Assembly: GCA_005893365.1 (NCBI GenBank)
Contig: VBPB01000021.1
Location: 1 to 36,400, forward strand
DNA from: Candidatus Eiseniibacteriota bacterium
GTDB taxonomy: Bacteria > Eisenbacteria > RBG-16-71-46
Direction: 5' to 3'
DNA length: 36,400 nt
Part shown: positions 16,736 to 23,840 of the stretch, one piece after another
How the letters are laid out: each line of letters begins with the position of its first letter
How positions within the stretch are numbered: the stretch's first letter is position 1
The notes under the pieces: model-generated
The model's input: only the letters and a program-made list of their open reading frames with translations
The model's database searches: none
What the model was told of the DNA's origin: nothing
Program-made: the position numbers and the translations under genes

Positions 16736-16855
16736 GGCGTTCCTCCTCGTGGTGTCCCGGTCGTGGGGCCCGCGCGTCGACCGCCCGCGCGGGCGATGTG
16801 GCCGGCGGCGCGCGCCTCTTGGGGTGAGCCCGCGCCGGCCGGCCGTGGCGCTGCG

Positions 16856-18181
16856 TCAGTGCTTGCGCGCGTTCGGTCCCCTCGGCCGCGCGTCGTACTT
16901 GTGGAACAGCCGCGTGTGGCGGGTCTCCATCGACGTGGGCCGTCCGTTGATGTAGACCTGCTCCACCTTGGTCGTGAACTCCAGGGGGTCACCGGTGGTG
17001 ACGATGAGGTCGGCGATCTTGCCGGGCTCGATCGACCCGAGCTTGTCGCCGACGCCCAGGATCCGCGCCGGATAGATGGTGACCGCCTTGAGTGCCTCGT
17101 CGCGCGGCAGCCCGAAGGCCGCCGCCATCGCCGCCTCGTGGCCGAGGTTGCGCGCGTTGGTGGAGCCGCCGCCGTCCGAGATGCAGAAGCGCACCCCGGC
17201 GGCCTGCAGCTTGGACGCGAGCGCCATGCCGTAGTCGTACGCCTCGTAGCCGCGGTCGGGGAGCGACAGCGGGGGCCCGGTGATGACGGCGATGTCGCGC
17301 GCCTTGAGCTCGTCGGCCACCATCCAGGCGTCGCCGCCGCCCACCAGCACCACCTTCTTGAGCTTCTGCTCGTCCACAAAGCGCAGCACCGAGTGGATCT
17401 GGGCGAGCGCGTCGCAGTGGAACATCACCGGGATCTCGCCGCGCAGGGCGCGGCCCATCGCGTCCCACTTCACGTCGCGGTCGTGGCGCGGGATGCCGGC
17501 CTTGCCCTCGGCGTCGCGCGCCTTCCAGTAGGCGCGCGCGTCCTCGAACGCGTCGCGGATCGCCGCGATCGCCTGGTCGCGCGCCTTCTTCTGGTCCTCC
17601 TCGCTGCGGGTCTCCCACCAGGCACGGTTGATGGTCAGCGTCGGCCAGATGACGTGCAATCCGACCGGCTTGGCGACCGTCATGTCCTCCTCGGTCCAGC
17701 CGTCCAAGTGGATGAGCGCGGACGTCCCGGTGATGGCGCCGCCGCGCGGGACCGTGAGCGCGCTGGTGATGCCGCTCACCCGGGTCACCGGCAGGATCTC
17801 GCTCTCGGGGTTGATCTCGACCTCGGCGCGGATGTTGGGGTTGACGTTGCCGGTCTCCTCGTCGTCGTGGGTGCCGAGGACGCTCCCCACCTCGACCAGC
17901 CCGAGGATGGTGTTGGAGGAGATGAGTCCGGGATAGAGGTGCTTGCCCGCGCACGGCACGACCGTCGCCCCGGCGGGCGGCGTGAGGCCGGCGCCAACCG
18001 CGGCGATCTTGCCGTCGGTGACGATCACCGTGGCGTTCTCGAGTGTGGGGCCGGTCACCGTGTGGACGGTGGCGCCGGTGAACGCCAGGCTCTCGGCGCG
18101 CGGTGCGGACGGAGACGCGAAGGAGAGAGCCAGGACCATGGCCGCGACGGCGGCCGCGAGGTGGGTCGGGCGCCGGATCAT
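16856..18181 (-). CDS. Amidohydrolase family protein (441 aa), secreted
   Basis: Start MIRRPTHLAAAVAAMVLALSFASPSAPRA overlaps the upstream stop (ATGA at 18178-18181). It carries ..GKHLYPGLISSNT.., ..VMFHCDA.. and ..IEPGKIADLIV.. as in metal-dependent amidohydrolases. The track ORF extends spuriously to 19207. Confidence 0.85.
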   Translation of the reverse strand: MIRRPTHLAAAVAAMVLALSFASPSAPRAESLAFTGATVHTVTGPTLENATVIVTDGKIAAVGAGLTPPAGATVVPCAGKHLYPGLISSNTILGLVEVGSVLGTHDDEETGNVNPNIRAEVEINPESEILPVTRVSGITSALTVPRGGAITGTSALIHLDGWTEEDMTVAKPVGLHVIWPTLTINRAWWETRSEEDQKKARDQAIAAIRDAFEDARAYWKARDAEGKAGIPRHDRDVKWDAMGRALRGEIPVMFHCDALAQIHSVLRFVDEQKLKKVVLVGGGDAWMVADELKARDIAVITGPPLSLPDRGYEAYDYGMALASKLQAAGVRFCISDGGGSTNARNLGHEAAMAAAFGLPRDEALKAVTIYPARILGVGDKLGSIEPGKIADLIVTTGDPLEFTTKVEQVYINGRPTSMETRHTRLFHKYDARPRGPNARKH

Positions 18182-21100
18182 CGCTGCACCTCCCCGTTCA
18201 GGAGGGCACGGCGCTCGGTCTCGCTCAGGAACGGCATCGCGTCGTGGCCATCGAGGCCGCAATCGGTGCCGCTCATGTCGGTCGCCTCCAGATAGCGCGG
18301 CGGCCACATGCGCCGCCCGGCGCCGGCGGCCGCCGGGCCGCTGTCCTTCTTCTGCGCCCGGGCGCGCACGATCAGCGAGTCGCGCTCCCGGGCCAGCGCG
18401 CCGCGGCCGGCCAGGTCCGCGGCGCGGTCGAAGTACTTGCGGCCATCGATCCAGGTCTGCTGGCACGCCGCGTAGGGCGAGAGCGGGCTGCCGTTCCAGA
18501 TCGAGAAGTCGGCGTCCTTGCCCACCTCGAGCGAGCCGACGCGATCGTCGATCTTGAGCGACTTGGCCGGATTCAGCGTGACGAACTTGATGGCCTCCTC
18601 GGGCGGCACGCCGCCGTACTTGATGGCCTTGGCCGCCTCGGTGTTGAGCCGGCGGGCCAGCTCGTTGTCGTCGGAGTTGAAGCCCACGTTCACGCCGCGG
18701 TCCCACATGATGTAGGCGTTGTATGGGATCGCGTCGATGACCTCGAACTTGTAGCCCCACCAGTCGCTGAAGCCGATGGCCGAGGCGCCGTGCGCCGCCA
18801 TCTCGTCGGCCACCTTGTAGCCCTCGAGGATGTGCGTGAACGTGTTGACGCGGAAGCCGAAGTCCTCGCACAGCCGCATCAGCATGAGGATCTCGTCCTG
18901 CCGGTACGAGTGGCAGTGGATGAGGCGCTTGCCGTCGATGATCTCGGCCAGCGCATCGAATTGGAGATTTCGCCGCGGCGGCAGGCCCACGTGCCTGGCG
19001 TTCCATTCCGCCCACTGCGCCTTGTAGTCGCGCGCGCGGGTGAACGCGTCGCGGATCACCTGCTCGATGCCGGCCCGGCTCTGCGGATAGCGCGGCGGCT
19101 CGGGGCGCTGGCTGCCGAAGTTGGACTGCTTGGGATTCTCGCCCAGGGCGAACTTCACCGTCGGCTGGACGTTGGGCATCAACAGCCGATCGGGCGGCTC
19201 GCCCCACTTGTTCTTGATCACCGCGAGCTGGCCGCCGATCGCGTTACACGACCCGTGCAGCAGGTGCATGATGGTCGTACCGCCGGCCAACTGGCGATAG
19301 ATGTTGATGCTCTCGGAGTTGACGACGTCCTGGATGCGCACCTCGCAGGTGACGCTGTTGGTGCACTCGTTGACGTTGCCGAGGATGGCCGAGTGGCTGT
19401 GCTCGTCGACGATGCCCGGCGCCACGTCTCGGCCGGTCGCGTCGATGACCACCGCCCCGGCGGGGGCGGCGAGCCCCTTGCCGACCGCCGCGATCTTGCC
19501 GGCGCGCACCAGCAGATCCGCGTGCTCGAGCGTGCCCCGCGGCCCCGCGGTCCACAGCGTGGCGTTCTTGACCAGCACCGCGGTGGGCTGGGCCGGCGGC
19601 GACATGCGCCACGCCTCGGTGTTGCCCATCACGACCGGCGTCACCACCGGCTCGTCCTTCTTGGGCGCGGCCCCTTGGGCCCCCTCGCCCCCCGCCATCT
19701 CACCGCGCGGCCCGCCCAACGCACCACTCAACGCACCACCCGGCCGCCGCCCGCCCATCCCGCGCCCGGCGCCACCCTCGGGCTCGGGCTGCTTCACCCC
19801 CACCACCTTGTGCGCACCGACGCCCAAGACCGACAACGTGCCGCGCAGCACGTCGTGCGCCGCGCGCAGGTCGAAGTCCTCGGCGGGCTCGGTGCCCCGG
19901 CGGACGGTGAACCGGACGCGCGCGCCCTCGTAGCGGACCCCGGTCGCCTTGAGCGTGTCGGCGCCCACGACGATCCGCACCGTCGTGTCCTTGTCGGTCT
20001 CGACCACCAGGGCGTGGCGGCCATGGCCCCAGTCGATCCACCAGCTCCCCTTGGCGGCGGCCCCCGCGGCGTCCGCGACGTCGTAGCGGTCCCCGTCCAC
20101 CCACACCTCGGCGACCTTGCCCTTCTCCGAGAACAGGTCGCCGCGCGTCACCGTGAGGTTCGCGATCTTGCCGGCGGCGAGGGTGCCGAGCCGGCCTTCG
20201 AGTCCGAGCAGACGCGCGGGCGTGGTGGTGACCGCCGCCAGGGCCTGATCGGGCGTCAACCCACGCTCGATGGCCTTGCCCACCGCCGCGCGGAAGCCCT
20301 TCACGTCCTTGAGGCCGTTCGCCGTGAGCGCGAAGGTGACCTTGTTCTGCGCCAGCACCGCCGGGTTTCCGGGCGCCTGGTTCCAGTGTCGCAGCTCCTC
20401 GGTCGAGACCTCGACCGCCGCGTCGGGATCCGACACGTCGGGGGCTTCGGGGAAGTTGACCGGCTCGATCAGCGGCACCTGCGTCGCGGCGATCTCGCGC
20501 ACCCGCTTGTACTCGTCGCCCGACCCCACCACCTGCGCGGTCACGCCCGCCTCGCGCGCGATCGTCGCCGCGCGCAGCACCTCCAGCATCTCGTCGGCCA
20601 CGAACAGCGCCGGCTGCTTGCCGCCGATGACCGTCTGCAGCGCCTCCCACGCCAGGTTGGTCTCGGGCCGCTCGACGCCGTGGGGCGCGCGCGCGTAGAC
20701 GGCGAGCGCGTCGCGGTACCACTTGGCGTCCAGGAACGCCTGCCGGATGACGGCGATCGCCCCCATCAGCGAGCCCGGGTAGCCCTCGCGCGCGGCCTCG
20801 AGCGCGATCACCTGCGCCGCGTCCTCCTTGACGAGCAGGTCGCGCGGTGTGCCCTCGCCCAAGCCGACCACCGCGCTCTGCCCGCGCACGATGCCGGTGC
20901 GCGGCGCCACCTGTGCCGCGGCGAACCCGGCGGCGCGCAATCCCTCCGTCTGATCCTTGGAGAGCGGCGCCATCTCGCTGACGCGCGTCTCGGCCCGCAC
21001 CATCGACAGCTCGTGCGCCGCACCCCGCGACGGCTGGGCCGCCGCCTGCTGGCCGCGCCCGCGTCCGGGCGGACCCTGTGGCCCCGCCGCCGCGGGCGCC

Positions 21101-21390
21101 TCGGCGGGCAGCACGAAGGCGTCGATCAGTCCGGGATAGACGGTGAGGCTGTCGCCCTCCCACACGCGCGCGTCGGCGGGCACCGGCACGCCGGCGCCGA
21201 CCGCCGTGATGACGCCATCGCGCATAACGATGGTGCCCCCCTCGATGACCTGCCCCGGCGCCACGACGATGCGCGCGCCGACGATGGCGTGGATGCGCGG
21301 CGTCTTGGCGAGCGCCGGGAACGAGAACAGGGCGAGCATGATCGCGGAGAACAGAAGGCCGCGCAGGACGCGGCCGGGAAGCTGGGACAT
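18178..21390 (-). CDS. Large amidohydrolase family protein (1070 aa), secreted
   Basis: Signal peptide MSQLPGRVLRGLLFSAIMLALFSFPALA. Contains ..VYPGLIDA.. and ..APGIVDEHSHSAI.. (HxH metal motif), ..IHCHSYRQDE.., ..GFNSDD.. and ..LEVGKDADFSIW... SD CAGGAG upstream. Confidence 0.85.
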   Translation of the reverse strand: MSQLPGRVLRGLLFSAIMLALFSFPALAKTPRIHAIVGARIVVAPGQVIEGGTIVMRDGVITAVGAGVPVPADARVWEGDSLTVYPGLIDAFVLPAEAPAAAGPQGPPGRGRGQQAAAQPSRGAAHELSMVRAETRVSEMAPLSKDQTEGLRAAGFAAAQVAPRTGIVRGQSAVVGLGEGTPRDLLVKEDAAQVIALEAAREGYPGSLMGAIAVIRQAFLDAKWYRDALAVYARAPHGVERPETNLAWEALQTVIGGKQPALFVADEMLEVLRAATIAREAGVTAQVVGSGDEYKRVREIAATQVPLIEPVNFPEAPDVSDPDAAVEVSTEELRHWNQAPGNPAVLAQNKVTFALTANGLKDVKGFRAAVGKAIERGLTPDQALAAVTTTPARLLGLEGRLGTLAAGKIANLTVTRGDLFSEKGKVAEVWVDGDRYDVADAAGAAAKGSWWIDWGHGRHALVVETDKDTTVRIVVGADTLKATGVRYEGARVRFTVRRGTEPAEDFDLRAAHDVLRGTLSVLGVGAHKVVGVKQPEPEGGAGRGMGGRRPGGALSGALGGPRGEMAGGEGAQGAAPKKDEPVVTPVVMGNTEAWRMSPPAQPTAVLVKNATLWTAGPRGTLEHADLLVRAGKIAAVGKGLAAPAGAVVIDATGRDVAPGIVDEHSHSAILGNVNECTNSVTCEVRIQDVVNSESINIYRQLAGGTTIMHLLHGSCNAIGGQLAVIKNKWGEPPDRLLMPNVQPTVKFALGENPKQSNFGSQRPEPPRYPQSRAGIEQVIRDAFTRARDYKAQWAEWNARHVGLPPRRNLQFDALAEIIDGKRLIHCHSYRQDEILMLMRLCEDFGFRVNTFTHILEGYKVADEMAAHGASAIGFSDWWGYKFEVIDAIPYNAYIMWDRGVNVGFNSDDNELARRLNTEAAKAIKYGGVPPEEAIKFVTLNPAKSLKIDDRVGSLEVGKDADFSIWNGSPLSPYAACQQTWIDGRKYFDRAADLAGRGALARERDSLIVRARAQKKDSGPAAAGAGRRMWPPRYLEATDMSGTDCGLDGHDAMPFLSETERRALLNGEVQR

Positions 21391-21488
21391 CGCGTGGCTC
21401 CTGACGAGGAAGGGATCGGGGCGTTGGGCCGAAGCGCAGGACCCTAGGCGCGCCGAGCCCCCAGAATCAAGGCCGGAACGACGAGCGC

Positions 21489-21698
21489 GCCAAAGCGCGG
21501 CCCCGAATCCAGGCTCCCCCGACTAGGCCCGATGGGTCCCGACACCAAACCCGCTGATAGGAAACTGCCAAAGCGCGGCCTCGCGTGCAGGCTCCCCCGA
21601 CCAGGCCCGACGGGTCCCCGACACCAAACCCGCTGATAGGATACTGCCAAAGCTCGGCCTCGCGTGCAGGCTCCCGACCAGGCCCGATGGGTCTCCGG
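21489..21698. repeat. Tandem repeat, 78-79 bp unit x ~2.7, non-coding
   Basis: Units are at 21489-21566, 21567-21645 and a partial one at 21646-~21698. Consensus: gccaaagcgcggcc.....caggctcccccgac.aggcccga.gggtcc(c)cgacaccaaacccgctgatagga.act. Copies are ~85-90% identical, with no spacers between units. Confidence 0.9.
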
Positions 21699-21812
21699 CG
21701 GTGCGTCCGAGGCTCGCGGGAGCCAGGGATGGCGGAGCGAGCCTCGGGGCAGTGAGCCGGAGCAGGATGCGGAGGCGAACGTGCCGCCGGAGACCGATCG
21801 GGCCTGGTCGGG
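21673..21812. repeat. Long inverted repeat (28-bp arms, 84-nt loop) with an internal 11-bp hairpin; candidate structured RNA or MITE-like element
   Basis: Arm 21673-21700 (cccgaccaggcccgatgggtctccggcg) is complementary to 21785-21812 with one mismatch. Inside the loop, 21707-21717 (ccgaggctcgc) pairs perfectly with 21737-21747 (gcgagcctcgg). The left arm is part of the third tandem-repeat unit. Confidence 0.75.
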
Positions 21813-22103
21813 GGACGCTCGCCAAGGGTGTTCGAGCGCTGGTCCGTAAACCAACCCAGCCCGCGCCTTCTGCAATGCCCCGCCGCACTCCCCGCCCGGG
21901 GCCGTGACCGCCCTCGCGTGACGCCCGACACGCGTGCGATTCGCCAGCGGCTCCAGCGTTGGGCCGCAACGCGTTAGCGCATCGAACCGTACCGGCCGAC
22001 GTGGCATGTCGGCTGCTCTTTCCCCTTATGGCACCCTCGCCCGGACCGGTCCCGGAGGTTCGCGGCCGGATGGCGGGAGCACGCCAGGAGAAAGGACCTC
22101 GGC

Positions 22104-22529
22104 ATGAGACGCCTCACGCTCGGATCGTTCCTGCTCGCCATGGTCGTCATCGCTCCCCACCGCGCCACCGCCGCGCCGCCCGCCGCCGGCGTCACCTTCC
22201 GTGGCGCCACGCCCACCATCGCCTTCGTGCACGAGCCGCGGCTGACCGTCGTGCCCGGCACCACGGTGTACGTGGCGCGCGGCGATTGCCCCTACGACGT
22301 GTTCCGCTATGGCGTCTACTGGTATGCGTTCGACGCCGGCTCGTGGTATCGCGCGCGCAGCTACCGCGGCCCGTTCGCGGCGGTGAGCGCGCGCTACATC
22401 CCGTCCGCGATCGTCAACGTGCCGTCGAGCTACTGGCGCCAGCCGCAGGGTGGCCCGCCGGGATGGATGAAGCGGCGCGGGGATCTCACCGCCCTGGCTA
22501 CGCCGCAGGAGCGCGGGCGCCGGCACTGA
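22104..22529 (+). CDS. Small secreted hypothetical protein (141 aa)
   Basis: SD AGGAGA upstream. Signal peptide MRRLTLGSFLLAMVVIAPHRATA. An aromatic-rich core (..DVFRYGVYWYAFDAGSWYRARSYRGPF..VP.SYW) resembles a widespread small periplasmic protein type that I cannot name. Confidence 0.6.
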   Translation: MRRLTLGSFLLAMVVIAPHRATAAPPAAGVTFRGATPTIAFVHEPRLTVVPGTTVYVARGDCPYDVFRYGVYWYAFDAGSWYRARSYRGPFAAVSARYIPSAIVNVPSSYWRQPQGGPPGWMKRRGDLTALATPQERGRRH

Positions 22530-22532
22530 GAT

Positions 22533-22608
22533 CCGCGCGGGGCGGGGCGTTAAGCCGCGAGCGAGGCGCCGACGTGGCGCCTGCACGATGCGCCCCGCAC
22601 CCGCGCGG
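22533..22608. terminator. Nested GC-rich hairpins filling the convergent intergenic gap (putative bidirectional terminator)
   Basis: Outer stem 22533-22549 pairs with 22591-22608 (17 bp, one bulged A). Inner hairpin 22564-22570 pairs with 22576-22582 (aggcgcc/ggcgcct, 5-nt loop). There is no U-tract. Confidence 0.4.
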
Positions 22609-22610
22609 AG

Positions 22611-23840
22611 CTATCTCAGCGTCGCGGTGGCGGTGCGCAGGCGCGGCGGCTTGGCCGGCGTCGTCCAGGCGAAGACGAGCGTCTTCCCCGAGCGCGCGAC
22701 CCGCGGGAATCCGCGCACCGCCGCGGCGCCGGCCACCGTGAACGGGGCGTCCGGGACCCCGGCGGGCCCGACCCGGCGCGCCCGCACCACCGTCTCTTGA
22801 CCCTGTTGCTCGAGCCACACCACCAGGGCGCCCCCGTCCTCGAGCATCGTCAGGTGCACCCGGCCGGCCGGCTCCCCCTCGTCGATCCGCACCGGCCGGC
22901 CGAAGGTGGCGCCGTCGTCGTCCGAGAACGCGAGTAGCACCTTGGGGCTATCGGCGGCGGCGGTGTACCACGCCAGCGCCACGCGTGAGCCGCGGGCGGC
23001 GAGTGCGGGTCCGTTCACGGGGCAGCCGTCGAGGTGCCAGCCGTCGCGGTGTGCCACGCTCGGCTCGGTCCACTGGCCGCCCTGAAGGCGGACGACCGCG
23101 ATGTCCCGCACCTCCGCGGGGCTGCGGTCGCGGTAGGCGACCACGACGCCGCGCGCGGTCGCGACCGCCGCGGTCTGGCAGCAATCGCACACGCGTTCGT
23201 CCAGCTCCGCTTCGTCGGCGAGGCGGCCGTCGGGCGTCACGACCGCCGCCCGGAGCGTCATGTCGGGCGCGGGTCCGAGGTCGCCTTCCTGGTGCCCGAC
23301 TGTCTTCCGGCCGTCGAGCCAGACGGCCAGCGCCCCCTCGGGGCGCGCCACCAACGAAGCGAAGCCGTGCTCGGTCGGGGTCGCGTCGCGGTGCGTCGTC
23401 ACCGGATCGCTCCAGTTCCGCCCGCCGTCCTCGGACTGGCTCACGCGCACGTCGCAGGCCTCGGACCCGCCCGGCCTCATCCAGAGCCAGGAGACCGCCA
23501 GCCGGTTCCCGCCCAGCGCCTGGACGACGGGGAAGTTCGCCCAGTTGCCAAGGACCGAGTCGCCCTCGGCGATCGTGGCCGGTGACGACCACTGTCCGCC
23601 GCCCAGGGTCGCGCAGCGCAGCGCGACGCCGCCCGCCGCGCGGGGCTCGATCCAGCTCATGAGCACCCGCCCGTCGGGCAGGACGGTCAGGCTCGGCGCC
23701 TTGGCCCCCAGCGCACCGGGGGTGGCGATCTCCTTGGGCGCGGGCGCGCCGCCCCCGGCGTGAGCCGGGCGGTCGCGGAGACCAGCGGCGAACGCCAGCA
23801 GGACGAGCCCCAAGAGCAGGCTGGCGCGGCGGGGACTCAT
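22611..23840 (-). CDS. BNR/sialidase-like beta-propeller protein, secreted
   Basis: Start MSPRRASLLLGLVLLAFAAG overlaps the CHAT gene stop (ATGA at 23837-23840). BNR/Asp-box-like motifs SQSEDGGRNWS and FSDDDGATFG, plus CDCCQTA and DGCPVNGP motifs. The track ORF extends spuriously to 24233. Confidence 0.75.
   Translation of the reverse strand: MSPRRASLLLGLVLLAFAAGLRDRPAHAGGGAPAPKEIATPGALGAKAPSLTVLPDGRVLMSWIEPRAAGGVALRCATLGGGQWSSPATIAEGDSVLGNWANFPVVQALGGNRLAVSWLWMRPGGSEACDVRVSQSEDGGRNWSDPVTTHRDATPTEHGFASLVARPEGALAVWLDGRKTVGHQEGDLGPAPDMTLRAAVVTPDGRLADEAELDERVCDCCQTAAVATARGVVVAYRDRSPAEVRDIAVVRLQGGQWTEPSVAHRDGWHLDGCPVNGPALAARGSRVALAWYTAAADSPKVLLAFSDDDGATFGRPVRIDEGEPAGRVHLTMLEDGGALVVWLEQQGQETVVRARRVGPAGVPDAPFTVAGAAAVRGFPRVARSGKTLVFAWTTPAKPPRLRTATATLR

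Noticed and set aside
15881-21447. Long plus-strand ORFs 15881..18295 (804 aa) and 18103..21447 (1114 aa)
   Set aside because: They are antisense to the VOC and amidohydrolase genes, low-complexity and Arg/Gly/Asp-rich, with no recognisable domains.
21489-21698. CRISPR array
   Set aside because: The units are directly adjacent, with no unique spacers. The unit length of 78 bp is too long, the copies are diverged, and no cas genes are present.
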